64,000 nt of DNA from Minisyncoccota bacterium (GTDB lineage: Bacteria; Patescibacteriota; Minisyncoccia; Phycocordibacterales; UBA9973). The notes beneath the pieces were generated by a model that saw nothing but the letters and a program-made list of their open reading frames with translations, was not told the DNA's origin and did not search any database. The position numbers and the translations under genes were made by a program. The stretch lies in assembly GCA_041661005.1 (NCBI GenBank), contig JBAZVG010000001.1:543515-607514 (forward strand), given 5' to 3'. This document shows, one piece after another, positions 1 to 8,337 of the stretch; within the stretch, counting starts at the first letter, position 1, and every line of letters starts with the position of its first letter.

Positions 1-368
1 GAAGAAAGCGAAATCCCACGGAAATCTTTCGTTCGAGGGAGGGCGACATTGATAAGCTTTTCCAGAAAAGCATACATCCTTTTACCCCGCAATGTCACGA
101 TGACTCCGATCGGATCGCCCTGCCTAGTCTTAAAAGACGCGACTGATTGCTTGGCGCCTCTAGTCACCGGCTTCTGGCCAGTTATCTTTGCTAAACGCAG
201 AGCAATAGCTTCATTTTTATTCTTATCTTTTTTCATAGCTGTCCCTGTGCCCACATTCAGCACGATTTTTTGCATTTTTGGCGCAGCTATAGCGCTCTTG
301 TAATGAAAAGTTGTTTTCATTTTATCAAACACTTCTATTTCTTTTTCTTTAACAGTTAAATGTTTCAT
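1..368 (-). CDS. rplE: 50S ribosomal protein L5, N-terminal part (gene continues past window start)
   Basis: Minus-strand translation from ATG at 366-368 gives MKHLTVKEKEIEVFDKMKTTF...KIVLNVGTG...ITGQKPVTRGAKQSVASFKTRQGDPIGVIVTLRGKRMYAFLEKLINVALPR, typical L5. It follows rplX as in the spc operon. No stop inside the window. Confidence 0.8.
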   Translation of the reverse strand, partial: MKHLTVKEKEIEVFDKMKTTFHYKSAIAAPKMQKIVLNVGTGTAMKKDKNKNEAIALRLAKITGQKPVTRGAKQSVASFKTRQGDPIGVIVTLRGKRMYAFLEKLINVALPRTKDFRGISLS

Positions 369-375
369 TTGGTTT

Positions 376-594
376 TTAATCTAATTTTTTAACGTTCGAG
401 GCATGGATCGGCATTTCGATACTTTTCATGCTTCCTTTTTCGCCAGACTTTCTCGGACGCTGGTGTTTCTTCATCATATTCGCGCCTTCGACAATGACCT
501 TGTTCTCATTCACTAAAACTCGGACAATTTTTCCTTTTTTGCCTTTATCCTTGCCTGTTATTATTGTTACACTGTCTCCTTTCTTGATTTTCAT
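376..594 (-). CDS. rplX: 50S ribosomal protein L24
   Basis: 72-aa ORF MKIKKGDSVTIITGKDKGKKGKIVRV..., KOW-type L24 signature. Lies between rplN and rplE. Confidence 0.9.
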   Translation of the reverse strand: MKIKKGDSVTIITGKDKGKKGKIVRVLVNENKVIVEGANMMKKHQRPRKSGEKGSMKSIEMPIHASNVKKLD

Positions 595-603
595 ATTGTG
601 TTG

Positions 604-975
604 TTATATTACCTCTTGCGCTAATGAAATTATTTTCTGAAATCCTTTTTCGGCTAGCTCTCTCGGAATCGGACCGAATACGCGACCAGCTTTTGGATCC
701 AGCTTGCCTTTCTCGAGAAGCACGACAGCATTATCATCAAAACGAATATAAGATCCGTCACGCCTTCTGAAAGCATTTCTGGTGCGCACGATGACTGCTT
801 GATGCACATCTTTCTTTTTGACCCCCTTTCTAGGACTCGCCACTTTGACGGTAATAATGACCTGCTCACCCAAAGTAGCGTATCTTTTTTTAGAGGAACC
901 TAAAACCTTAAACACCTTTCCTATGGTGCCTCCAGCATTGTCTGTTATTTTTACCCATGTTCCTGCTTGAATCAT
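604..975 (-). CDS. rplN: 50S ribosomal protein L14
   Basis: 123-aa ORF MIQAGTWVKITDNAGG...AVIVRT...IRFDDNAVVL, canonical L14. Confidence 0.95.
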   Translation of the reverse strand: MIQAGTWVKITDNAGGTIGKVFKVLGSSKKRYATLGEQVIITVKVASPRKGVKKKDVHQAVIVRTRNAFRRRDGSYIRFDDNAVVLLEKGKLDPKAGRVFGPIPRELAEKGFQKIISLAQEVI

Positions 976-979
976 ATAT

Positions 980-1267
980 TTATTTGCTTAAAACTTTAAA
1001 GTGTTTATCCTTTGAAATCGGTTTCGTTTCTACTATTTGCACGTTGTCTCCGATTTTATATTTATTTTCCTCATCATGCGCTTTGTATTTTTTGCTTACT
1101 TGGTAAAATTTGCCATACAAAGGATGCTTGATAAACCTGAAAACGTTGACAGTCACAGTCTTGTCCATTTTATCGGAAACAACCACACCTTTTAAGACGT
1201 TGCCTGTCCTGAGCGAAGTCGAAGGACCTTTGTTTTCTTTATTTTCTTTTTGTATTTTCGTTTTCAT
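980..1267 (-). CDS. rpsQ: 30S ribosomal protein S17
   Basis: 95-aa ORF with the [14 protein letters not shown]...[16 protein letters not shown]17 pattern. Operon position fits. Confidence 0.9.
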   Translation of the reverse strand: MKTKIQKENKENKGPSTSLRTGNVLKGVVVSDKMDKTVTVNVFRFIKHPLYGKFYQVSKKYKAHDEENKYKIGDNVQIVETKPISKDKHFKVLSK

Positions 1268-1282
1268 TTTTTTTACAACTTT

Positions 1283-1474
1283 TTACTTTGCGCGATTTAT
1301 TTCCGTCAAAACCCGAGCGATCTCTTTCCTCAAAGTTGCAAACTCTTTCACATTCTTTGATTTTGACCCTTCAGCTTTGAACTTTATAAGTCTCGCATTT
1401 TCCTGTAAAACAGCAAGTTTCTTTTTCAGCTCGCTTTCTGTCATGTCTTTTAAATTATCTTTTTTCTTTGCCAT
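1283..1474 (-). CDS. rpmC: 50S ribosomal protein L29
   Basis: Internal start MAKKKDNLKDMTESELKKKLAVLQENARLIKFK... (L29 coiled-coil pattern). The ORF-track start at 1513 is probably upstream of the true start. Confidence 0.8.
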   Translation of the reverse strand: MAKKKDNLKDMTESELKKKLAVLQENARLIKFKAEGSKSKNVKEFATLRKEIARVLTEINRAK

Positions 1475-1487
1475 ATGATTATCTAAA

Positions 1488-1916
1488 TTATTGTTTGTGA
1501 ACTCTGGACACAATTCTTACTTTGATCGGAAGTTTACTACCAGCTTTTCTGAGAGCCTCCCCCGCAGTTTTTTCATCTACCCCGTCCACTTCAAAAATAA
1601 TACGGCCGGGAAAAACGTCAAAACAATATCCCTGTGGATCTCCTTTACCCTTTCCCATGCCCACTTCCGCCGCTTTGGCGGTATATGGACGATCCGGAAA
1701 AATGCGAATCCAATACTTTCCAGCCTTGGTGAGCGTTCTGGCTATCACCTTTCGAGCAGCTTCAATCTGGGCTGACCTCACACGCGCCTGAGATACAGAT
1801 TTGAGTCCATAAGAACCGAAAGACAGCTTGATGCCTCTAGTATCCGGCGATGTCGCCTTTGGATTACTTCGTCCCGTCTGCCATTTCCTAAATTTTACTT
1901 TTTTTGGAGTCAACAT
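1488..1916 (-). CDS. rplP: 50S ribosomal protein L16
   Basis: 142-aa ORF MLTPKKVKFRKWQTGR...GMGKGKG... canonical L16. Confidence 0.95.
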   Translation of the reverse strand: MLTPKKVKFRKWQTGRSNPKATSPDTRGIKLSFGSYGLKSVSQARVRSAQIEAARKVIARTLTKAGKYWIRIFPDRPYTAKAAEVGMGKGKGDPQGYCFDVFPGRIIFEVDGVDEKTAGEALRKAGSKLPIKVRIVSRVHKQ

Positions 1917-1920
1917 AAAA

Positions 1921-2625
1921 TTAATCAGACTTGGCTTTATTTTCTAATGATTCGTTCTTTTTTGTATTTTTGTCAGCAAAAATTTTACCGCGATAAATCC
2001 AGACTTTCACACCCACAACGCCATAAGACAAAGTCGCGCGCTCACGTTTGAAGTCTATGTCCGCGCGGAAAGTCTGAAGCGGGATACTTCCACGCTTGAG
2101 CTCTTCCGTGCGGGCAATGTCTGCCCCTCCTAACCTGCCTGATAACACCACTCTCGCTCCCTCTACCCCGCGCGCTGTCATAACCTTTTCGATAATTGTT
2201 TTGATGACCCGGCGATAAGGCATTCGTTTCTCCAATCCTTCAGCGATCATATATGCCACGATCGCGGCATCAGCTTCTGGATTTGTGACTTCAATGACTT
2301 CGAGTTTGAAATCTTCCGGTCGTGGAAGTTTCAGATTATCCATTTTTTTAAGAATTTCCTCTTTGAGCTTTGTCGCTCCTTCGCCATTTCTGCCGATAAT
2401 GAGACCGGGGCGAGAAGTTTTGATGATAAATCTGGTAGCTTTTCTGCTTCTCTCGATTTCAATTGTAGAAACATACATCCCACGCAATTTCTTTTCCAAA
2501 TATTGGCGCACGAGCACATCTCCTTTCAAATAAGAGACATACTTTTTCGGATCGGCAAACCAGCGACTTTTCCAGTCTCTGAGCATGATCAATCTATGTG
2601 CGTATGGATGAACTATTTTTGACAT
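1921..2625 (-). CDS. rpsC: 30S ribosomal protein S3
   Basis: 234-aa ORF with KH domain and S3 C-terminal domain (MSKIVHPYAHRLIMLRDWKSRWFA...). Confidence 0.95.
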   Translation of the reverse strand: MSKIVHPYAHRLIMLRDWKSRWFADPKKYVSYLKGDVLVRQYLEKKLRGMYVSTIEIERSRKATRFIIKTSRPGLIIGRNGEGATKLKEEILKKMDNLKLPRPEDFKLEVIEVTNPEADAAIVAYMIAEGLEKRMPYRRVIKTIIEKVMTARGVEGARVVLSGRLGGADIARTEELKRGSIPLQTFRADIDFKRERATLSYGVVGVKVWIYRGKIFADKNTKKNESLENKAKSD

Positions 2626-2629
2626 ATTA

Positions 2630-3013
2630 TTATTTCGTAACTTTTTTTGTTTTAATCGCCTTTGTCTTCTTTGTTTTTGTTACTTGCGCCACTTTCTCAC
2701 CCAAAAGGAGGCTGAGATGACTGGTGCGTTTGTTTATCCTGTGTCCTGTGCCCATGGCAGCCGGCATCATTCTTTTCATTGTTATACCTTTGTCTACTCG
2801 CAATTCTTTAACAAATAAATTTTCTGCGTCTATTCCCATAGACTTTGCATTCGCAACAGCAGAAAGTAAAAGCTTTTTTATCGGCAAGCCTGCTCGCTTT
2901 GCCAAAAAATCAAGTTCAGCTATGGCTTCATTCACACTCTTTCCCTTTACCAGTCCTGCAACTAAGCGAACTTTTCTCGGAGCCTGTCTGTAATTTTTTA
3001 AAAAAGCTTTCAT
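2630..3013 (-). CDS. rplV: 50S ribosomal protein L22
   Basis: 127-aa ORF MKAFLKNYRQAPRKVRLVAGLVKGKSVNEAIAELDF... L22 pattern. Lys-rich C-terminal tail. Confidence 0.9.
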   Translation of the reverse strand: MKAFLKNYRQAPRKVRLVAGLVKGKSVNEAIAELDFLAKRAGLPIKKLLLSAVANAKSMGIDAENLFVKELRVDKGITMKRMMPAAMGTGHRINKRTSHLSLLLGEKVAQVTKTKKTKAIKTKKVTK

Positions 3014-3030
3014 GTTTATCTTATTTTTTA

Positions 3031-3384
3031 TTATTTCTTAGCCCCCTTTGCGTCGAGAGCGGCGGCAGTCGCTCCTTTTGCCGCATTTATTTCAGCTTCC
3101 TGTTTCTTTTGTTCAAGTTCTTTCTGCATCTTTCCGCCATGCTTTGTGAATTTCTTTGTTGGAGAAAATTCTCCCAATCTATGACCCACCATGTCTTCGG
3201 TGACCAGGACATCCACATGCACTTTGCCATTGTAAACGCCAAAAGTGAAACCAAGCATCTCGGGAGAAATGACGCAAGCCCTCTTCCATGTCTTGATGGA
3301 AGGAGTATTGAGCGGATTTTTGCCGGCAATCTTTTTTAAGAGCCTTTCATCCACGTATATTCCTTTTTTGATTGATCTTGTCAT
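3031..3384 (-). CDS. rpsS: 30S ribosomal protein S19 (with Lys/Ala-rich C-terminal extension)
   Basis: Start at internal [19 protein letters not shown]...[18 protein letters not shown] (S19 core), followed by a ~30-aa K/A-rich tail. The upstream in-frame extension in the ORF track overlaps a structured leader and is unlikely to be coding. Confidence 0.9.
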   Translation of the reverse strand: MTRSIKKGIYVDERLLKKIAGKNPLNTPSIKTWKRACVISPEMLGFTFGVYNGKVHVDVLVTEDMVGHRLGEFSPTKKFTKHGGKMQKELEQKKQEAEINAAKGATAAALDAKGAKK

Positions 3385-3390
3385 GTGTTT

Positions 3391-3486
3391 ATTCCCCTCT
3401 TGAGGGGTGGCTCGCTTGCGAGACGGGGTGGAAAAATACATCCACCTCCCTCCGACCAAAGTCGGAGTACTCCTCAAGAGGAGAAT
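3391..3486. repeat. Structured intergenic repeat, family A copy 1 (in the rpsS 5' leader)
   Basis: ATTCCCCTCTTGAGGGGTGG...GGTGGA-N8-TCCACCTCCC...CCGAC-caaa-GTCGG...ACTCCTCAAGAGGAGAAT. This is about 85% identical to 37083-37169. The third hairpin differs by compensatory changes (CCGAC/GTCGG here versus CCC/GGG in copy 2). The ends are near-inverted repeats. Confidence 0.7.
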
Positions 3487-3529
3487 TAATTAAAAATAGC
3501 TCGTAACGAGCTTGGTTTTATATTAGCAA

Positions 3530-3557
3530 ATATGAATAAAATGTCAACAAACAAACA
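3530..3557 (-). promoter_or_regulatory. Candidate sigma70-type promoter driving the rpsS leader (internal promoter in the S10 operon)
   Basis: Minus strand reads TTGACA-16 nt-TAATAT: -35 at 3552-3557 and -10 at 3530-3535. It lies directly after the U-tract of the upstream terminator. Confidence 0.5.
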
Positions 3558-3590
3558 AAAATGGGGGCATCAGACTGCCGATGCCCCCAC
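3545..3590 (-). terminator. Intrinsic terminator
   Basis: Minus strand reads GGGGGCATCGGCAGTCTGATGCCCCC followed by ATTTTTGTTTGTTTG (GC stem 3563-3588 plus U-tract). Confidence 0.65.
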
Positions 3591-3601
3591 ATGCCTCATT
3601 G

Positions 3602-3664
3602 CTACCGCCGCCGATTTGCGAACTTCTTCAAGTGTCTTGGAGAGGGTTTTTTCTTCTCTGCCAT
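3602..3664 (-). CDS. Candidate 20-codon basic mini-ORF (MAEKKKPSPRHLKKFANRRR) with a canonical Shine-Dalgarno
   Basis: GGAAGGGAGGTGAGAACC precedes the ATG (GGAGGTG 6 nt upstream). TAG stop is followed directly by the 3563-3588 terminator. It lies inside the rplB-rpsS insert and was not in the ORF track because it is under 60 aa. Confidence 0.35.
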   Translation of the reverse strand: MAEKKKPSPRHLKKFANRRR

Positions 3665-3797
3665 GGTTCTCACCTCCCTTCCGTGATCAAAAGACCACAT
3701 TGTTCGTTGTTCACTTATATTTATACAACTTACAAAAAATAACACAATACAAAAAAGTGGATAAACACAACCTCCTGAATCCCCCTTGTCAGGGAGA

Positions 3798-3830
3798 CAC
3801 CAAAAACCCTCCCTTGATAAGGGGAGGGTT
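3798..3830 (-). terminator. Intrinsic terminator directly after the rplB stop
   Basis: Minus strand reads CCCTCCCCTTATCAAGGGAGGG followed by TTTTTG. Confidence 0.6.
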
Positions 3831-3847
3831 AGGGAGGGGTTGAATTT

Positions 3848-4687
3848 TTATTTTGATTTCCCAGTCTTCCTGCGAGAAACAATGAAAACATTTGAGTACC
3901 TCTTTGGACCACGAGTTTTTCTGCCACCTGTGACTTTACCCCACATGGTTTTCGGACGTTTGGTTCCTCTGCCCTGTCTACCTTCTCCACCTCCATATGG
4001 ATGGTCTACTGGGTTCATAGCAGTACCACGAACTGTTGGTCTGATTCCTTTCCAGCGACTTCGTCCAGCTTTTCCATAATTTTCAAGATGGTGCTCATCG
4101 TTTGAGACAGTTCCGACACATGCCCAACAATTTTCATTTATTTTTCTGACTTCCGTCGAAGGCATTTTGATGTTTGTGTATCCGTCGGCATTTGCCACCA
4201 CTTGCGCAAAAATCCCCGCCGAACGTCCGATCTTCGATCCACCATTTGGTTGTATTTCCACATTGTAAACGAAAGTTCCAACTGGAATATTTTTTAGCGG
4301 AAGTCTATTGGCAACGGTAAAAGGCGCCTTTTCTGACACGACAAAGGTATCGCCGGGCTTCACGGACTTTGGTAAAATAACATATCTTTTTTCTCCGTCT
4401 TTATAAACAGCGAGTCCGATAAAAGCCGAGCGGTTTGGATCATATTCAACGGATTTTATTGTAGCAGGAATTTCTTTTTTGTTATATAAAAAATCTACAT
4501 CTCGGTAGAGACGTTTGTGTCCGGCGCCTTTATGTCGCACAGTTATCCGCCCGGCGCTGTTTCTGCCCACCCTGCGATAAAAACCATGAGTCAAAGATTT
4601 AGTCGGCTCTGTGTGAGTCAAAAGCTCCCTATAAGGGATATGGGTCATTTGTCTTCTAGATTTGCTTGTGGGTTTGTATGTTTTCAT
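3848..4687 (-). CDS. rplB: 50S ribosomal protein L2
   Basis: 279-aa ORF with the conserved L2 C-terminal motif GTAMNPVDHPYGGGEGR. Confidence 0.95.
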   Translation of the reverse strand: MKTYKPTSKSRRQMTHIPYRELLTHTEPTKSLTHGFYRRVGRNSAGRITVRHKGAGHKRLYRDVDFLYNKKEIPATIKSVEYDPNRSAFIGLAVYKDGEKRYVILPKSVKPGDTFVVSEKAPFTVANRLPLKNIPVGTFVYNVEIQPNGGSKIGRSAGIFAQVVANADGYTNIKMPSTEVRKINENCWACVGTVSNDEHHLENYGKAGRSRWKGIRPTVRGTAMNPVDHPYGGGEGRQGRGTKRPKTMWGKVTGGRKTRGPKRYSNVFIVSRRKTGKSK

Positions 4688-4727
4688 CTGATTTACTTTA
4701 TGAACTTGATAACTTTCTACTTTATGA

Positions 4728-4997
4728 CTAAACGAACTCTATTTTATCTTCCTTTTTCAAATACACAAGAGCTTTTTTACCTCCGCCTTTCGTGCCCATG
4801 CGTCCTTTCGACATGATATTTTTCTTTGGCACGCTTAAAATATTTATTCGGATAGGTTTTACTTTATAAAGCGCAAAAATAGCCTTATTTATTTCTGTCT
4901 TGTTGGCATTATTTGAAACATCGAAAGTGTAGACATTTTGCTCTTGCGCCAATGATGCTTTTTCAGTAATTCTTGGGTTTTTAATTATGTTTGTCAT
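4728..4997 (-). CDS. rplW: 50S ribosomal protein L23
   Basis: 89-aa ORF in the conserved L4-L23-L2 position. ...NKAIFALYKVKPIRINIL... is L23-like. Confidence 0.85.
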   Translation of the reverse strand: MTNIIKNPRITEKASLAQEQNVYTFDVSNNANKTEINKAIFALYKVKPIRINILSVPKKNIMSKGRMGTKGGGKKALVYLKKEDKIEFV

Positions 4998-5002
4998 AAA
5001 AA

Positions 5003-5662
5003 TTATCCTCGAGACTCCAAGAATTTTACACTCTCGACCGGATTTTCTATTAAAAGATACTTGTAATTTAAAACATCAAACGGATTTAAATTTTTCAAAA
5101 AAGCTATCTCGAGTTGTGGTATATTTCTAAAACTTTTCTCTATCTTTTCATCACGTCCGAAAATCGTAGTCAAAACGCGAGGCTTCTTCGAAGCATCAAT
5201 GATTTTCCAACCTGAAACTTTTACCAAATTTTGCACTATCTTCACAGCATCTTTCGTTTTGATAGAAGACGTAGATAGTGAATCAACAAAAAGTATTTCT
5301 CCATCTTTTAATTTTTTTGAAAGAACGGAAAAGAGAGCTTGCGCGCGCATTTTCTTTGAGATTTTTCTCTTGTAATTCTTCTCAGCAAGAGGTCCGTGAG
5401 TCACACCTCCACCAACCCATATAGGGCTTCGAGATGATCCATGTCTAGCCTGTCCGGTTCCTTTTTGCTTCCAAGGCTTTCTACCTCCACCCCGAACTTC
5501 TCCTCGGTCTTTGGTATCGGCAGTTCCAGCTCTTTTGTTGCTCCTCATGCTCTGCACAACTTGGTGTACCAAATCACTGCGCCACTTAGCAGCAAAAACT
5601 TTTTCCGGAAGATCTATCTTCCCTGCCTCCGCCCCTTTTTGGTTGTATATTTTTGCTTCCAT
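5003..5662 (-). CDS. rplD: 50S ribosomal protein L4
   Basis: 219-aa ORF with ...RGGGRKPWKQKGTGQARHGS... L4 signature. Confidence 0.9.
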   Translation of the reverse strand: MEAKIYNQKGAEAGKIDLPEKVFAAKWRSDLVHQVVQSMRSNKRAGTADTKDRGEVRGGGRKPWKQKGTGQARHGSSRSPIWVGGGVTHGPLAEKNYKRKISKKMRAQALFSVLSKKLKDGEILFVDSLSTSSIKTKDAVKIVQNLVKVSGWKIIDASKKPRVLTTIFGRDEKIEKSFRNIPQLEIAFLKNLNPFDVLNYKYLLIENPVESVKFLESRG

Positions 5663-5673
5663 TTGCTTTTGCT

Positions 5674-6288
5674 TTATCTGCTGATTATTTCCACTAAACT
5701 CCCGCGTTTGCCGGCTACTGCTCCTTTGACAAGCATTATGTTATTTTCCTTATCAACAGAAACAACTTTTAAATTCTTTTGAGTAATGCGATCTCCACCC
5801 ATTCTGCCCGCCATTCTCATGCCCTTGGGGACGTGAGTTCGCAGTCCGCCACCGATACTTCCAGGCTCTCTTTCGGAATGTTTCTGACCGTGTGTTCGAG
5901 GACCGCCAGAAAAGCCATGGCGTTTCACAACACCCTGAAAGCCCTTGCCTTTTGACACGCTTGAAATCTGCAACTTATCATCCGGAGAAAAAACTGAAAC
6001 ATCAATACTAGCGCCTTCTTTAACATCTATCGTATCAGTGGGCTTGAGTCTAAATTCTTTAAGATATTTATAAAAAGCTCCTTTCATAGCCCCAGCCCTA
6101 CCCTTTGTAATTCTTTCTTTCTTTTGTGTTCCAAAACCAACTTGAACAGCATTGTAGCCATCCTTATCTTTTGAAAACACTCTCGTCACCGTGATCGGTC
6201 CAGCGGAGAGTATGGTAACTGGAACAACAACCCCCTCAGGTGAGAAGTATTCCGTCATGTTTTCTTTTGTTGCTAAAATGAATTTCAT
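5674..6288 (-). CDS. rplC: 50S ribosomal protein L3
   Basis: 204-aa ORF with ...KGKGFQGVVKRHGFSGGPRTHGQ... L3 signature. Confidence 0.95.
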   Translation of the reverse strand: MKFILATKENMTEYFSPEGVVVPVTILSAGPITVTRVFSKDKDGYNAVQVGFGTQKKERITKGRAGAMKGAFYKYLKEFRLKPTDTIDVKEGASIDVSVFSPDDKLQISSVSKGKGFQGVVKRHGFSGGPRTHGQKHSEREPGSIGGGLRTHVPKGMRMAGRMGGDRITQKNLKVVSVDKENNIMLVKGAVAGKRGSLVEIISR

Positions 6289-6300
6289 GGTTTTTTGTAA

Positions 6301-6335
6301 TAGCGCTTTAGGCGCTCAGAGCGCCTAAAGCGCTA
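6301..6335. promoter_or_regulatory. Perfect 16-bp inverted repeat (stem-loop) between rpsJ and rplC
   Basis: TAGCGCTTTAGGCGCT-cag-AGCGCCTAAAGCGCTA. GC-rich in an AT-rich genome. Possible attenuator, processing site or protein-binding site. Confidence 0.5.
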
Positions 6336-6346
6336 TCTCCTCGGTT

Positions 6347-6784
6347 CTACAACATTTTCACATCAATATCTACACCAGAAGGTAATGACAAATTGGTAAG
6401 GGCCTCAATGGTCTTTGCGTTTGGATTTATAATATCAATCAATCTTTTGTGCACTCGAATCTCAAACTGTTCCCTTGTATTTTTATAAATAAAAGGAGAA
6501 CGATTGACTGTATATTTCTTGATCTCAGTAGGTAGTGGCACAGGACCGACTATCGTCGCATCATGACGAACTGCAGTATCTATAATCTGCTTGACTGAGC
6601 TGTCGAGTATTTTACTCTCATAAGCTCGCACTCGTATGCGAAGTATAACCTCGCCATCTTCCTTTTTTTTCTTTAAAGAAACTTTAGAGACTTTTCCCGC
6701 TTTCTGCGGAACCCCAGAAGAGGTGGTGGTTTTTGCGTCTTTCACCATTTTAGGTTTTTTTATTTTTGTCTCTGTTGTTGTCAT
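6347..6784 (-). CDS. rpsJ: 30S ribosomal protein S10 with ~40-aa Lys-rich N-terminal extension
   Basis: C-terminal ~100 aa are canonical S10 (ILRIRVRAYES...GPVPLPT...EIRVHKRLIDI). The N-terminus is K/T-rich, and the start may be an internal Met. Confidence 0.88.
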   Translation of the reverse strand: MTTTETKIKKPKMVKDAKTTTSSGVPQKAGKVSKVSLKKKKEDGEVILRIRVRAYESKILDSSVKQIIDTAVRHDATIVGPVPLPTEIKKYTVNRSPFIYKNTREQFEIRVHKRLIDIINPNAKTIEALTNLSLPSGVDIDVKML

Positions 6785-6823
6785 GGTACTTTTACTTTAT
6801 AACTTTGTGAACCTTTGAAGCTC

Positions 6824-8017
6824 CTAGCCTAATATCTTAGTAACAACTCCGGCTCCGACAGTCTTGCCTCCTTCACGAATAGCGAATCTTTGAGATTCTT
6901 CGAGCGCAACTGGGGTAACCAATTTAACTGTAATCTTTACTGTGTCTCCCGGCATGACCATCTCTGTTCCTTCAGCTAGAGCGACATCACCAGTAACATC
7001 TGTGGTTCGAATGTAGAATTGAGGTTTGTAACCCTTAAAGAAAGGAGTATGACGTCCACCTTCCTCTTTCTTCAAAACGTAAATTTCAGCAGTGAAATTG
7101 TCATGTGGAGTAGTAGTGCCCGGCTTACAAAGAACTTGTCCGCGAGTGATATCTTCTTTCTTAAGACCACGAAGAAGAATACCAGCATTGTCGCCAGCCA
7201 TACCTTCTTTTAGGCTCTTGTTAAACATTTCTATACCTGTAACTGTTGATTTTTGAGTAGGCTTGATTCCAACTATTTCGACATCTTCATCGACTTTAAC
7301 GACACCTCTTTCAATCTTTCCTGTAACGACAGTTCCACGTCCTTCGATTGAGAATATGTCTTCAACTGGCATGAGAAAAGGCTTTGCTAGATCTCGAACT
7401 GGAATCGGAATATAAGTATCAAGAGCGTTTGCAAGCTCGAGAATTTTCTTTGCCCATTCATCATCAACTGACTTTGACTCGAGACCTTTTAGAGCTGAAC
7501 CACGGATAACCGGAGCTCCTGCGCCGTCAAACCCTTGCTTGGTTAGAAGCTCACGAATTTCTTCCTCGACTAGATCGATCATTTCCTTATCATCAACCAT
7601 ATCGCACTTGTTTAAGAATACGATAATCTTTGGAACACCAACTTGCTTTGCTAGGAGAACGTGTTCACGAGTCTGAGGCATGGCACCGTCAGTAGCGGCA
7701 ACCACCAAAATGGCGCCATCCATTTGCGCTGCGCCTGTGATCATGTTTTTAATATAATCGGCGTGTCCCGGAGCATCGATGTGCGCGTAGTGGCGAGCAT
7801 CCGTAGCATACTCATTGTGAGAAATGTTAATAGTGATTCCACGAGCTTTTTCCTCGGGAGCATTGTCGATCTGATCAACACCTCGAAGTCTGACTTGCTT
7901 TCCAGCCAAGTTTAAAACATGCAAGATCGCAGCGGTTAAAGTGGTCTTACCATGGTCAACGTGACCAATAGTTCCGACATTTACGTGCGGTTTATCTCTT
8001 TTAAATTCTTCTGCCAT
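6824..8017 (-). CDS. tuf: Elongation factor Tu
   Basis: [31 protein letters not shown]... throughout. Likely start at the internal Met (8017) rather than the ORF-track start at 8038. Confidence 0.95.
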   Translation of the reverse strand: MAEEFKRDKPHVNVGTIGHVDHGKTTLTAAILHVLNLAGKQVRLRGVDQIDNAPEEKARGITINISHNEYATDARHYAHIDAPGHADYIKNMITGAAQMDGAILVVAATDGAMPQTREHVLLAKQVGVPKIIVFLNKCDMVDDKEMIDLVEEEIRELLTKQGFDGAGAPVIRGSALKGLESKSVDDEWAKKILELANALDTYIPIPVRDLAKPFLMPVEDIFSIEGRGTVVTGKIERGVVKVDEDVEIVGIKPTQKSTVTGIEMFNKSLKEGMAGDNAGILLRGLKKEDITRGQVLCKPGTTTPHDNFTAEIYVLKKEEGGRHTPFFKGYKPQFYIRTTDVTGDVALAEGTEMVMPGDTVKITVKLVTPVALEESQRFAIREGGKTVGAGVVTKILG

Positions 8018-8282
8018 ATTTTTATTCTTACCCCGCAAGAGCGAGGAGACGTTACTAACTAAAACTCAACATACAGGAGCCAGTTGCTGGGGCTTAGTTA
8101 CTAACTTGCCCCGCTATAAGCGTGGGCGATAATTAAACTTATAATAATGTGCCTCAAGAGCGTTTCCGCTATTAGGAGGCAAATTGGTAAATCAAAACAA
8201 AAACTGCAAAAAGTGCAGTTATTACCATACTAACAAATTAAAAAGTAATGTCAATATTATTTATACAAGTATAAAAACAAAA

Positions 8283-8325
8283 GAAAAAACTTCAAGGCCC
8301 TCCTCCTCGAAGTTTTTTTCTTTTG
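8283..8325. terminator. Bidirectional intrinsic terminator
   Basis: AAAAAACTTC...GAAGTTTTTTTCTTTTGTTTTTT: a hairpin flanked by A-tract and T-tract. Confidence 0.55.
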
Positions 8326-8337
8326 TTTTTTATAAGA

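Noticed and set aside
49-303. 84-aa plus-strand ORF at the window start
   Set aside because: It lies entirely antisense to the well-supported rplE coding sequence, has no RBS and no homology. It is a spurious shadow ORF.
3532-3843. 103-aa plus-strand ORF spanning the rplB-rpsS insert
   Set aside because: The low-complexity translation crosses two minus-strand terminators and a promoter. All flanking genes are on the minus strand. The minus-strand regulatory reading explains the region better.
8040-8170. tRNA cluster upstream of tuf, as in thrU-tyrU-glyT-thrT-tufB
   Set aside because: No T-loop (TTCGA/TTCAA) and no acceptor-stem complementarity was found on either strand. The repeated GTTACTAAC words look like promoter-region repeats, not tRNA.
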